A DNA stretch of 64,000 bases from the human T2T-CHM13v2.0 reference genome, Homo sapiens. Of this stretch, positions 28,101-43,100 are shown one piece after another. The notes under the pieces were generated by a model. The model worked only from the letters and a program-made list of their open reading frames with translations, was not told where the DNA came from and did not search any database. The position numbers and the translations under genes were made by a program. Numbering within the stretch: the first letter of the stretch is position 1; every line of letters starts with the position of its first letter. The DNA is taken from NCBI RefSeq assembly GCF_009914755.1, contig NC_060942.1. One strand, 5' to 3'.

Positions 28101-31100
28101 TCAAGTCACAGAATTGAACATTCCCTTTCACAGAGCAGGTTTGAAACACTCTTTTTGTAGTGTGTGTAAGTGGACATTTGGAGCGCATTCCGGCCTAAGG
28201 TGAAAAAGGAAATATCTTCCCATAAAAACTAGACAGAAGCATTCTCAGAAACTTACTCGTGATGTGTGTCCTCAACTAAAGGAGTAGAACCTTTCTATTC
28301 ATAGAGAAGTTTTGAAACGCTCTTTTTGTGGAATCTCCAAGTGGATATTTGGCTAGTCTTGAGGATTTCGTTGGAAGCGGGAATTCATACAAATTGCAGA
28401 CTGCAGCGTTCTGAGAAACATCTTTGTGATGTTTGTATTCAGGACACAGAGATGAACATTCCCTATCATAGAGCAGGTTGGAATCACTCCTTTTGTAGTA
28501 TCTGGAAGTGGACATTTGGAGCGCTTTCAGGCCTATGTTGAAAAAGGAAATATCTTCCCATAACAACTAGACACAAGCATTCTCAGAAACTTGTTTGTGA
28601 TGTGTGCCCTCTACTGACAGAGTTGAACCTTTCTTTTCATAGAGCAGTTTTGAAACACTCTTTTTGTAGAATCCGCAAGAGGATATTTGCATAGCTTTGA
28701 GGATTTCGTGGGAAACGGGATTGTCTTCACGTAAAATCTAGAAAGAAGCATTCTCAGAAACTTCTTTGGGATGTTTGCATTCAAGTCACAGAGTAGAACA
28801 TTCCCTTTGGTAGAGCAGGTTTGAAACACTCTTTTTGTAGTATCTGGAAGTGGACATTTGGAGCGCTTTCAGGCCCATGTTGGAAAGGGAAATATCTTCC
28901 CGTAACAACTAGGCAGAAGCATTCTCAGAAACTTATTTGAGATGTGTGTACTCAAGTAAGAGAACTGAACCACCGTTTTGAAGGAGCAGTTTTGAAACAC
29001 TCTTTTTCTGGAATCTGCAAGAGTATATTTGCCTAGCCTTGAGGATTTCGTTGGAAACGGGATTGTCTTCAGATAAAATCTAGACAGAAGCATTCTCAGA
29101 AACTTCTTTGGGATGTTTGCATTCAAGTCACAGAGTAGAACATTCCCTTTGGTAGAGCAGGTTTGAAACACTCTTTTTTTAGTATATGGAAGTGGACATT
29201 TGGAGCGCTTTCAGGCCTACGTTGGAAAAGGAAATATCTTCCCATAACAACTAGACAGAAGCATTCTCAGAAACTAGTTTCTGATGTGTGTCCTCAACTA
29301 ACACAGTTGTACATTTCTTTATACAGAACAGTTTTGAAACACTCTTTTTGTGGAATCTGCAAGTGGATATTGGGCTAGATTTGAGGATTTCGTTGGAAAC
29401 GGGATTACATATAAAAAGCAGTCAGCAGCATTCTCAGAAAGTTCTTTGTGATGATTGCATTCAAGTCACAGAATTGAACATTCCCTTTCATAGAGCAGGT
29501 TTGAAACACTCTTTTTGTAGTGTGTGTAAGTGGACATTTGGAGCGCTTTCCGGCCTAAGGTGAAAAAGGACATATCTTCCCATAATAACTAGACAGAAGC
29601 ATTCTCAGAAACTTACTCGTGATGTGTGTCCTCAACTGAAGGAGTAGAACCTTTCTATTCATAGAGAAGTTTTGAAACGCTCTTTTTGTGGAATCTCCAA
29701 GTGGATATTTGGCTAGTTTTGAGGATTTCGTTGGAAGCGGGAATTCATACAAATTGCAGACTGCAGCGTTCTGAGAAACATCTTTGAAATGTTTGTATTC
29801 AAGACACAGAGATGAACATTCCCTATCATAGAGCATGTTGGAATCACTCCTTTTGTAGTATCTGGAAGTGGACATTTGGAGCGCTTTCAGGCCTATGTTG
29901 AAAAAGGAAATATCTTCCCATAACAACTAGACACAAGCATTCTCAGAAACTTGTTTGTGATGTGTGCCCTCTACTGACAGAGTTGAACCTTTCTTTTCAT
30001 AGAGCAGTTTTGAAACACTCTTTTATAGAATCCGCAAGAGGATATTTGCATAGCTTTGAGGATTTCGTGGGAAACGGGATTGTCTTCAGGTAAAATCTAG
30101 ACAGAAGCATTCTCAGAAACTTCTTTGGGATGTTTGCATTCAAGTCACAGAGTAGAACATTCCCTTTGGTAGAGCAGGTTTGAAACACTCTTTTTGTAGT
30201 ATCTGGAAGTGGACATTTGGAGCGCTTTCAGGCCCATGTTGGAAAGGGAAATATCTTCCCGTAACAACTAGGCAGAAGCATTCTCAGAAACTTATTTGAG
30301 ATGTGTGTACTCAACTAAGAGAATTGAACCACCGTTTTGAAGGAGCAGTTTTGAAACCCTCTTTTTCTGGAATCTGCAGGAGTATATTTGCCTAGCCTTG
30401 AGGATTTCGTTGGAAACGGGACTGTCTTCAGATAAAATCTAGACAGAAGCATTCTCAGAAACTTCTTTGGGATGTTTGCATTCAAGTCACAGAGTAGAAC
30501 ATTCCCTTTGGTAGAGCAGGTTTGAAACACTCTTTTTTTAGTATATGGAAGTGGACATTTGGAGCGCTTTCAGGCCTACGTTGGAAAAGGAAATATCTTC
30601 CCATAACAACTAGACAGAAGCATTCTCAGAAACTAGTTTCTGATGTGTGTCCTCAACTAACACAGTTGTACATTTCTTTATACAGAACAGTTTTGAAACA
30701 CTCTTTTTGTGGAATCTGCAAGTGGATATTGGGCTAGATTTGAGGATTTCGTTGGAAACGGGATTACATATAAAAAGCAGACAGCAGCATTCTCAGAAAG
30801 TTCTTTGTGATGATTGCATTCAAGTCACAGAATTGAACATTCCCTTTCACAGAGCAGGTTTGAAACACTCTTTTTGTAGTGTGTGTAAGTGGACATTTGG
30901 AGCGCTTTCCGGCCTAAGGTGAAAAAGGACATATCTTCCCATAAAAACTAGACAGAAGCATTCTCAGAAACTTACTCGTGATGTGTGTCCTCAACTAAAG
31001 GAGTAGAACCTTTCTATTCATAGAGAAGTTTTGAAACGCTCTTTTTGTGGAATCTCCAAGTGGATATTTGGCTAGTTTTGAGGATTTCGTTGGAAGCGGG

Positions 31101-34100
31101 AATTCATCCAAATTGCAGACTGCAGCGTTCTGAGAAACATCTTTGTGATGTTTGTATTCAGGACACAGAGATGAACATTCCCTATCATAGAGCAGGTTGG
31201 AATCACTCCTTTTGTAGTATCTGGAAGTGGACATTTGGAGCGCTTTCAGGCCTATGTTGAAAAAGGAAATATCTTCCCATAACAACTAGACACAAGCATT
31301 CTCAGAAACTTGTTTGTGATGTGTGCCCTCTACTGACAGAGTTGAACCTTTCTTTTCATAGAGCAGTTTTGAAACACTCTTTTTGTAGAATCCGCAAGAG
31401 GATATTTGCATAGCTTTGAGGATTTCGTGGGAAACGGGATTGTCTTCAGGTAAAATCTAGACAGAAGCATTCTCAGAAACTTCTTTGGGATGTTTGCATT
31501 CAAGTCACAGAGTAGAACATTCCCTTTGGTAGAGCAGGTTTGAAACACTCTTTTTGTAGTATCTGGAAGTGGACATTTGGAGCGCTTTCAGGCCCATGTT
31601 GGAAAGGGAAATATCTTCCCGTAACAACTAGGCAGAAGCATTCTCAGAAACTTATTTGAGATGTGTGTACTCAACTAAGAGAATTGAACCACCGTTTTGA
31701 AGGAGCAGTTTTAAAACCCTCTTTTTCTGGAATCTGCAAGAGTATATTTGCCTAGCCTTGAGGATTTCGTTGGAAACGGGATTGTCTTCAGATAAAATCT
31801 AGACAGAAGCATTCTCAGAAACTTCTTTGGGATGTTTGCATTCAAGTCGCAGAGTAGAACATTCCCTTTGGTAGAGCAGGTTTGAAACACTCTTTTTTTA
31901 GTATATGGAAGTGGACATTTGGAGCGCTTTCAGGCCTACGTTGGAAAACGAAATATCTTCCCATAACAACTAGACAGAAGCATTCTCAGAAACTAGTTTC
32001 TGATGTGTGTCCTCAACTAACACAGTTGTACATTTCTTTAGACAGAACAGTTTTGAAACACTCTTTTTGTGGAATCTGCAAGTGGATATTGGGCTAGATT
32101 TGAGGATTTCGTTGGAAACGGGATTACATATAAAAAGCAGACAGCAGCATTCTCAGAAAGTTCTTTGTGATGATTGCATTCAAGTCACAGAATTGAACAT
32201 TCCCTTTCACAGAGCAGGTTTGAAACACTCTTTTTGTAGTGTGTGTAAGTGGACATTTGGAGCGCATTCCGGCCTAAGGTGAAAAAGGAAATATCTTCCC
32301 ATAAAAACTAGACAGAAGCATTCTCAGAAACTTACTCGTGATGTGTGTCCTCAACTAAAGGAGTAGAACCTTTCTATTCATAGAGAAGTTTTGAAAAGCT
32401 CTTTTTGTGGAATCTCCAAGTGGATATTTGGCTAGTCTTGAGGATTTCGTTGGAAGCGGGAATTCATACAAATTGCAGACTGCAGCGTTCTGAGAAACAT
32501 CTTTGTGATGTTTGTATTCAGGACACAGAGATGAACATTCCCTATCATAGAGCAGGTTGGAATCACTCCTTTTGTAGTATCTGGAAGTGGACATTTGGAG
32601 CGCTTTCAGGCCTATGTTGAAAAAGGAAATATCTTCCCATAACAAATAGACACAAGCATTCTCAGAAACTTGTTTGTGATGTGTGCCCTCTACTGACAGA
32701 GTTGAACCTTTCTTTTCATAGAGCAGTTTTGAAACACTCTTTTTGTAGAATCCGCAAGAGGATATTTGCATAGCTTTGAGGATTTCGTGGGAAACGGGAT
32801 TGTCTTCAGGTAAAATCTAGAAAGAAGCATTCTCAGAAACTTCTTTGGGATGTTTGCATTCAAGTCACAGAGTAGAACATTCCCTTTGGTAGAGCAGGTT
32901 TGAAACACTCTTTTTGTAGTATCTGGAAGTGGACATTTGGAGCGCTTTCAGGCCCATGTTGGAAAGGGAAATATCTTCCCGTAACAACTACGCAGAAGCA
33001 TTCTCAGAAACTTATTTGAGATGTGTGTACTCAAGTAAGAGAACTGAACCACCGTTTTGAAGGAGCAGTTTTGAAACACTCTTTTTCTGGAATCTGCAAG
33101 AGTATATTTGCCTAGCCTTGAGGATTTCGTTGGAAACGGGATTGTCTTCAGACAAAATCTAGACAGAAGCATTCTCAGAAACTTCTTTGAGATGTTTGCA
33201 TTCAAGTCACAGAGTAGAACATTCCCTTTGGTAGAGCAGGTTTGAAACACTCTTTTTTTAGTATATGGAAGTGGACATTTTGAGCGCTTTCAGGCCTACG
33301 TTGGAAAAGGAAATATCTTCCCATAACAACTAGACAGAAGCATTCTCAGAAACTAGTTTCTGATGTGTGTCCTCAACTAACACAGTTGTACATTTCTTTA
33401 TACAGAACAGTTTTGAAACACTCTTTTTGTGGAATCTGCAAGTGGATATTGGGCTAGATTTGAGGATTTCGTTGGAAACGGGATTACATATAAAAAGCAG
33501 TCAGCAGCATTCTCAGAAAGTTCTTTGTGATGATTGCATTCAAGTCACAGAATTGAACATTCCCTTTCATAGAGCAGGTTTGAAACACTCTTTTTGTAGT
33601 GTGTGTAAGTGGACATTTGGAGCGCTTTCCGGCCTAAGGTGAAAAAGGACATATCTTCCCATAAAAACTAGACAGAAGCATTCTCAGAAACTTACTCGTG
33701 ATGTGTGTCCTCAACTAAAGGAGTAGAACCTTTCTATTCATAGAGAAGTTTTGAAACGCTCTTTTTGTGGAATCTCCAAGTGGATATTTGGCTAGTTTTG
33801 AGGATTTCGTTGGAAGCGGGAATTCATACAAATTGCAGACTGCAGCGTTCTGAGAAACATCTTTGAAATGTTTGTATTCAAGACACAGAGATGAACATTC
33901 CCTATCATAGAGCATGTTGGAATCACTCCTTTTGTAGTATCTGGAAGTGGACATTTGGAGCGCTTTCAGGCCTATGTTGAAAAAGGAAATATCTTCCCAT
34001 AACAACTAGACACAAGCATTCTCAGAAACTTGTTTGTGATGTGTGCCCTCTACTGACAGAGTTGAACCTTTCTTTTCATAGAGCAGTTTTGAAACACTCT

Positions 34101-37100
34101 TTTATAGAATCCGCAAGAGGATATTTGCATAGCTTTGAGGATTTCGTGGGAAACGGGATTGTCTTCAGGTAAAATCTAGACAGAAGCATTCTCAGAAACT
34201 TCTTTGGGATGTTTGCATTCAAGTCACAGAGTAGAACATTCCCTTTGGTAGAGCAGGTTTGAAACACTCTTTTTGTAGTATCTGGAAGTGGACATTTGGA
34301 GCGCTTTCAGGCCCATGTTGGAAAGGGAAATATCTTCCCGTAACTACTAGGCAGAAGCATTCTCAGAAACTTATTTGAGATGTGTGTACTCAACTAAGAG
34401 AATTGAACCACCGTTTTGAAGGAGCAGTTTTGAAACCCTCTTTTTCTGGAATCTGCAAGAGTATATTTGCCTAGCCTTGAGGATTTCGTTGGAAACGGGA
34501 CTGTCTTCAGATAAAATCTAGACAGAAGCATTCTCAGAAACTTCTTTGGGATGTTTGCATTCAAGTCACAGAGTAGAACATTCCCTTTGGTAGAGCAGGT
34601 TTGAAACACTCTTTTTTTAGTATATGGAAGTGGACATTTGGAGCGCTTTCAGGCCTACGTTGGAAAAGGAAATATCTTCCCATAACAACTAGACAGAAGC
34701 ATTCTCAGAAACTAGTTTCTGATGTGTGTCCTCAACTAACACAGTTGTACATTTCTTTAGACAGAACAGTTTTGAAACACTCTTTTTGTGGAATCTGCAA
34801 GTGGATATTGGGCTAGATTTGAGGATTTCGTTGGAAACGGGATTACATATAAAAAGCAGACAGCAGCATTCTCAGAAAGTTCTTTGTGATGATTGCATTC
34901 AAGTCACAGAATTGAACATTCCCTTTCACAGAGCAGGTTTGAAACACTCTTTTTGTAGTGTGTGTAAGTGGACATTTGGAGCGCTTTCCGGCCTAAGGTG
35001 AAAAAGGAAATATCTTCCCATAAAAACTAGACAGAAGCATTCTCAGAAACTTACTCGTGATGTGTGTCCTCAACTAAAGGAGTAGAACCTTTCTATTCAT
35101 AGAGAAGTTTTGAAACGCTCTTTTTGTGGAATCTCCAAGTGGATATTTGGCTAGTTTTGAGGATTTCGTTGGAAGCGGGAATTCATACAAATTGCAGACT
35201 GCAGCGTTCTGAGAAACATCTTTGTGATGTTTGTATTCAGGACACAGAGATGAACATTCCCTATCATAGAGCAGGTTGGAATCACTCCTTTTGTAGTATC
35301 TGGAAGTGGACATTTGGAGCGCTTTCAGGCCTATGTTGAAAAAGGAAATATCTTCCCATAACAACTAGACACAAGCATTCTCAGAAACTTGTTTGTGATG
35401 TGTGCCCTCTACTGACAGAGTTGAACCTTTCTTTTCATAGAGCAGTTTTGAAACACTTTTTGTAGAATCCGCAAGAGGATATTTGCATAGCTTTGAGGAT
35501 TTCGTGGGAAACGGGATTGTCTTCAGGTAAAATCTAGACAGAAGCATTCTCAGAAACTTCTTTGGGATGTTTGCATTCAAGTCACAGAGTAGAACATTCC
35601 CTTTGGTAGAGCAGGTTTGAAACACTCTTTTTGTAGTATCTGGAAGTGGACATTTGGAGCGCTTTCAGGCCCATGTTGGAAAGGGAAATATCTTCCCGTA
35701 ACAACTAGGCAGAAGCATTCTCAGAAACTTATTTGAGATGTGTGGACTCAACTAAGAGAATTGAACCACCGTTTTGAAGGAGCAGTTTTGAAACACTCTT
35801 TTTCTGGAATCTGCAAGAGTATATTTGCCTAGCCTTGAGGATTTCGTTGGAAACGGGATTGTCTTCAGATAAAATCTAGACAGAAGCATTCTCAGAAACT
35901 TCTTTGGGATGTTTGCATTCAAGTCACAGAGTAGAACATTCCCTTTGGTAGAGCAGGTTTGAAACACTCTTTTTTTAGTATATGGAAGTGGACATTTGGA
36001 GCGCTTTCAGGCCTACGTTGGAAAAGGAAATATCTTCCCATAACAACTAGACAGAAGCATTCTCAGAAACTGGTTTCTGATGTGTGTCCTCAACTAACAC
36101 AGTTGAACTTTTCTTTAGACAGAACAGTTTTGAAACACTCTTTTTGTGGAATCTGCAAGTGGATATTGGGCTAGATTTGAGGATTTCGTTGGAAACGGGA
36201 TTACATATAAAAAGCAGACAGCAGCATTCTCAGAAAGTTCTTTGTGATGATTGCATTCAAGTCACAGAATTGAACATTCCCTTTCACAGAGCAGGTTTGA
36301 AACACTCTTTTTGTAGTGTGTGTAAGTGGACATTTGGAGCGCTTTCCGGCCTAAGGTGAAAAAGGAAATATCTTCCCATAAAAACTAGACAGAAGCATTC
36401 TCAGAAACTTACTCGTGAAGTGTTTCCTCAACTAAAGGAGTAGAACCTTTCTATTCATAGAGAAGTTTTGAAACGCTCTTTTTGTGGAATCTCCAAGTGG
36501 ATATTTGGCTAGTTTTGAGGATTTCGTTGGAAGCGGGAATTCATCCAAATTGCACACTGCAGCGTTCTGAGGAACATCTTTGTGATGTTTGTATTCAGGA
36601 CACAGAGATGAACATTCCCTATCATAGAGCAGGTTGGAATCACTCCTTTTGTAGTATCTGGAAGTGGACATTTGGAGCGCTTTCAGGCCTATGTTGAAAA
36701 AGGAAATATCTTCCCATAACAACTAGACACAAGCATTCTCAGAAACTTGTTTGTGATGTGTGCCCTCTACTGACAGAGTTGAACCTTTCTTTTCATAGAG
36801 CAGTTTTGAAACACTCTTTTTGTAGAATCCGCAAGAGGATATTTGCATAGCTTTGAGGATTTCGTGGGAAACGGGATTGTCTTCAGGTAAAATCTAGACA
36901 GAAGCATTCTCAGAAACTTCTTTGGGATGTTTGCATTCAAGTCACAGAGTAGAACATTCCCTTTGGTAGAGCAGGTTTGAAACACTCTTTTTGTAGTATC
37001 TGGAAGTGGACATTTGGAGCGCTTTCAGGCCCATGTTGGAAAGGGAAATATCTTCCCGTAACAACTAGGCAGAAGCATTCTCAGAAACTTATTTGAGATG

Positions 37101-40100
37101 TGTGTACTCAACTAAGAGAATTGAACCACCGTTTTGAAGGAGCAGTTTTAAAACCCTCTTTTTCTGGAATCTGCAAGAGTATATTTGCCTAGCCTTGAGG
37201 ATTTCGTTGGAAACGGGATTGTCTTCAGATAAAATCTAGACAGAAGCATTCTCAGAAACTTCTTTGGGATGTTTGCATTCAAGTCGCAGAGTAGAACATT
37301 CCCTTTGGTAGAGCAGGTTTGAAACACTCTTTTTTTAGTATATGGAAGTGGACATTTGGAGCGCTTTCAGGCCTACGTTGGAAAACGAAATATCTTCCCA
37401 TAACAACTAGACAGAAGCATTCTCAGAAACTAGTTTCTGATGTGTGTCCTCAACTAACACAGTTGTACATTTCTTTAGACAGAACAGTTTTGAAACACTC
37501 TTTTTGTGGAATCTGCAAGTGGATATTGGGCTAGATTTGAGGATTTCGTTGGAAACGGGATTACATATAAAAAGCAGACAGCAGCATTCTCAGAAAGTTC
37601 TTTGTGATGATTGCATTCAAGTCACAGAATTGAACATTCCCTTTCACAGAGCAGGTTTGAAACACTCTTTTTGTAGTGTGTGTAAGTGGACATTTGGAGC
37701 GCATTCCGGCCTAAGGTGAAAAAGGAAATATCTTCCCATAAAAACTAGACAGAAGCATTCTCAGAAACTTACTCGTGATGTGTGTCCTCAACTAAAGGAG
37801 TAGAACCTTTCTATTCATAGAGAAGTTTTGAAAAGCTCTTTTTGTGGAATCTCCAAGTGGATATTTGGCTAGTCTTGAGGATTTCGTTGGAAGCGGGAAT
37901 TCATACAAATTGCAGACTGCAGCGTTCTGAGAAACATCTTTGTGATGTTTGTATTCAGGACACAGAGATGAACATTCCCTATCATAGAGCAGGTTGGAAT
38001 CACTCCTTTTGTAGTATCTGGAAGTGGACATTTGGAGCGCTTTCAGGCCTATGTTGAAAAAGGAAATATCTTCCCATAACAACTAGACACAAGCATTCTC
38101 AGAAACTTGTTTGTGATGTGTGCCCTCTACTGACAGAGTTGAACCTTTCTTTTCATAGAGCAGTTTTGAAACACTCTTTTTGTAGAATCCGCAAGAGGAT
38201 ATTTGCATAGCTTTGAGGATTTCGTGGGAAACGGGATTGTCTTCAGGTAAAATCTAGAAAGAAGCATTCTCAGAAACTTCTTTGGGATGTTTGCATTCAA
38301 GTCACAGAGTAGAACATTCCCTTTGGTAGAGCAGGTTTGAAACACTCTTTTTGTAGTATCTGGAAGTGGACATTTGGAGCGCTTTCAGGCCCATGTTGGA
38401 AAGGGAAATATCTTCCCGTAACAACTAGGCAGAAGCATTCTCAGAAACTTATTTGAGATGTGTGTACTCAAGTAAGAGAACTGAACCACCGTTTTGAAGG
38501 AGCAGTTTTGAAACACTCTTTTTCTGGAATCTGCAAGAGTATATTTGCCTAGCCTTGAGGATTTCGTTGGAAACGGGATTGTCTTCAGACAAAATCTAGA
38601 CAGAAGCATTCTCAGAAACTTCTTTGAGATGTTTGCATTCAAGTCACAGAGTAGAACATTCCCTTTGGTAGAGCAGGTTTGAAACACTCTTTTTTTAGTA
38701 TATGGAAGTGGACATTTTGAGCGCTTTCAGGCCTACGTTGGAAAAGGAAATATCTTCCCATAACAACTAGACAGAAGCATTCTCAGAAACTAGTTTCTGA
38801 TGTGTGTCCTCAACTAACACAGTTGTACATTTCTTTATACAGAACAGTTTTGAAACACTCTTTTTGTGGAATCTGCAAGTGGATATTGGGCTAGATTTGA
38901 GGATTTCGTTGGAAACGGGATTACATATAAAAAGCAGTCAGCAGCATTCTCAGAAAGTTCTTTGTGATGATTGCATTCAAGTCACAGAATTGAACATTCC
39001 CTTTCATAGAGCAGGTTTGAAACACTCTTTTTGTAGTGTGTGTAAGTGGACATTTGGAGCGCTTTCCGGCCTAAGGTGAAAAAGGACATATCTTCCCATA
39101 AAAACTAGACAGAAGCATTCTCAGAAACTTACTCGTGATGTGTGTCCTCAACTAAAGGAGTAGAACCTTTCTATTCATAGAGAAGTTTTGAAACGCTCTT
39201 TTTGTGGAATCTCCAAGTGGATATTTGGCTAGTTTTGAGGATTTCGTTGGAAGCGGGAATTCATACAAATTGCAGACTGCAGCGTTCTGAGAAACATCTT
39301 TGAAATGTTTGTATTCAAGACACAGAGATGAACATTCCCTATCATAGAGCATGTTGGAATCACTCCTTTTGTAGTATCTGGAAGTGGACATTTGGAGCGC
39401 TTTCAGGCCTATGTTGAAAAAGGAAATATCTTCCCATAACAACTAGACACAAGCATTCTCAGAAACTTGTTTGTGATGTGTGCCCTCTACTGACAGAGTT
39501 GAACCTTTCTTTTCATAGAGCAGTTTTGAAACACTCTTTTATAGAATCCGCAAGAGGATATTTGCATAGCTTTGAGGATTTCGTGGGAAACGGGATTGTC
39601 TTCAGGTAAAATCTAGACAGAAGCATTCTCAGAAACTTCTTTGGGATGTTTGCATTCAAGTCACAGAGTAGAACATTCCCTTTGGTAGAGCAGGTTTGAA
39701 ACACTCTTTTTGTAGTATCTGGAAGTGGACATTTGGAGCGCTTTCAGGCCCATGTTGGAAAGGGAAATATCTTCCCGTAACAACTAGGCAGAAGCATTCT
39801 CAGAAACTTATTTGAGATGTGTGTACTCAACTAAGAGAATTGAACCACCGTTTTGAAGGAGCAGTTTTGAAACCCTCTTTTTCTGGAATCTGCAAGAGTA
39901 TATTTGCCTAGCCTTGAGGATTTCGTTGGAAACGGGACTGTCTTCAGATAAAATCTAGACAGAAGCATTCTCAGAAACTTCTTTGGGATGTTTGCATTCA
40001 AGTCACAGAGTAGAACATTCCCTTTGGTAGAGCAGGTTTGAAACACTCTTTTTTTAGTATATGGAAGTGGACATTTGGAGCGCTTTCAGGCCTACGTTGG

Positions 40101-43100
40101 AAAAGGAAATATCTTCCCATAACAACTAGACAGAAGCATTCTCAGAAACTAGTTTCTGATCTGTGTCCTCAACTAACACAGTTGTACATTTCTTTATACA
40201 GAACAGTTTTGAAACACTCTTTTTGTGGAATCTGCAAGTGGATATTTGGCTAGATTTGAGGATTTCGTTGGAAACGGGATTACATATAAAAAGCAGACAG
40301 CAGCATTCTCAGAAAGTTCTTTGTGATGATTGCATTCAAGTCACAGAATTGAACATTCCCTTTCACAGAGCAGGTTTGAAACACTCTTTTTGTAGTGTGT
40401 GTAAGTGGACATTTGGAGCGCTTTCCGGCCTAAGGTGAAAAAGGAAATATCTTCCCATAAAAACTAGACAGAAGCATTCTCAGAAACTTACTCGTGATGT
40501 GTGTCCTCAACTAAAGGAGTAGAACCTTTCTATTCATAGAGAAGTTTTGAAACGCTCTTTTTGTGGAATCTCCAAGTGGATATTTGGCTAGTTTTGAGGA
40601 TTTCGTTGGAAGCGGGAATTCATCCAAATTGCAGACTGCAGCGTTCTGAGAAACATCTTTGTGATGTTTGTATTCAGGACACAGAGATGAACATTCCCTA
40701 TCATAGAGCAGGTTGGAATCACTCCTTTTGTAGTATCTGGAAGTGGACATTTGGAGCGCTTTCAGGCCTATGTTGAAAAAGGAAATATCTTCCCATAACA
40801 ACTAGACACAAGCATTCTCAGAAACTTGTTTGTGATGTGTGCCCTCTACTGACAGAGTTGAACCTTTCTTTTCATAGAGCAGTTTTGAAACACTCTTTTA
40901 TAGAATCCGCAAGAGGATATTTGCATAGCTTTGAGGTTTTCGTGGGAAACGGGATTGTCTTCAGGTAAAATCTAGACAGAAGCATTCTCAGAAACTTCTT
41001 TGGGATGTTTGCATTCAAGTCACAGAGTAGAACATTCCCTTTGGTAGAGCAGGTTTGAAACACTCTTTTTGTAGTATCTGGAAGTGGACATTTGGAGCGC
41101 TTTCAGGCCCATGTTGGAAAGGGAAATATCTTCCCGTAACAACTAGGCAGAAGCATTCTCAGAAACTTATTTGAGATGTGTGGACTCAACTAAGAGAATT
41201 GAACCACCGTTTTGAAGGAGCAGTTTTGAAACCCTCTTTTTCTGGAATCTGCAAGAGTATATTTGCCTAGCCTTGAGGATTTCGTTGGAAACGGGATTGT
41301 CTTCAGATAAAATCTAGACAGAAGCATTCTCAGAAACTTCTTTGGGATGTTGCATTCAAGTCACAGAGTAGAACATTCCCTTTGGTAGAGCAGGTTTGAA
41401 ACACTCTTTTTTTAGTATATGGAAGTGGACATTTGGAGCGCTTTCAGGCCTACGTTGGGAAAGGAAATATCTTCCCATAACAACTAGACAGAAGCATTCT
41501 CAGAAACTAGTTTCTGATGTGTGTCCTCAACTAACACAGTTGTACATTTCTTTAGACAGAACAGTTTTGAAACACTCTTTTTGTGGAATCTGCAAGTGGA
41601 TATTGGGCTAGATTTGAGGATTTCGTTGGAAACGGGATTACATATAAAAAGCAGACAGCAGCATTCTCAGAAAGTTCTTTGTGATGATTGCATTCAAGTC
41701 ACAGAATTGAACATTCCCTTTCACAGAGCAGGTTTGAAACACTCTTTTTGTAGTGTGTGTAAGTGGACATTTGGAGCGCTTTCCGGCCTAAGGTGAAAAA
41801 GGAAATATCTTCCCATAAAAACTAGACAGAAGCATTCTCAGAAACTTACTCGTGATGTGTGTCCTCAACTAAAGGAGTAGAACCTTTCTATTCATAGAGA
41901 AGTTTTGAAACGCTCTTTTTGTGGAATCTCCAAGTGGATATTTGGCTAGTTTTGAGGATTTCGTTGGAAGCGGGAATTCATACAAATTGCAGACTGCAGC
42001 GTTCTGAGAAACATCTTTGTGATGTTTGTATTCAGGACACAGAGATGAACATTCCCTATCATAGAGCAGGTTGGAATCACTCCTTTTGTAGTATCTGGAA
42101 GTGGACATTTGGAGCGCTTTCAGGCCTATGTTGAAAAAGGAAATATCTTCCCATAACAACTAGACACAAGCATTCTCAGAAACTTGTTTGTGATGTGTGC
42201 CCTCTACTGACAGAGTTGAACCTTTCTTTTCATAGAGCAGTTTTGAAACACTCTTTTTGTAGAATCCGCAAGAGGATATTTGCATAGCTTTGAGGATTTC
42301 GTGGGAAACGGGATTGTCTTCAGGTAAAATCTAGACAGAAGCATTCTCAGAAACTTCTTTGGGATGTTTGCATTCAAGTCACAGAGTAGAACATTCCCTT
42401 TGGTAGAGCAGGTTTGAAACACTCTTTTTGTAGTATCTGGAAGTGGACATTTGGAGCGCTTTCAGGCCCATGTTGGAAAGGGAAATATCTTCCCGTAACA
42501 ACTAGGCAGAAGCATTCTCAGAAACTTATTTGAGATGTGTGGACTCAACTAAGAGAATTGAACCACCGTTTTGAAGGAGCAGTTTTGAAACACTCTTTTT
42601 CTGGAATCTGCAAGAGTATATTTGCCTAGCCTTGAGGATTTCGTTGGAAACGGGATTGTCTTCAGATAAAATCTAGACAGAAGCATTCTCAGAAACTTCT
42701 TTGGGATGTTTGCATTCAAGTCGCAGAGTAGAACATTCCCTTTGGTAGAGCAGGTTTGAAACACTCTTTTTTTAGTATATGGAAGTGGACATTTGGAGCG
42801 CTTTCAGGCCTACGTTGGAAAACGAAATATCTTCCCATAACAACTAGACAGAAGCATTCTCAGAAACTAGTTTCTGATGTGTGTCCTCAACTAACACAGT
42901 TGAACTTTTCTTTAGACAGAACAGTTTTGAAACACTCTTTTTGTGGAATCTGCAAGTGGATATTGGGCTAGATTTGAGGATTTCGTTGGAAACGGGATTA
43001 CATATAAAAAGCAGACAGCAGCATTCTCAGAAAGTTCTTTGTGATGATTGCATTCAAGTCACAGAATTGAACATTCCCTTTCACAGAGCAGGTTTGAAAC

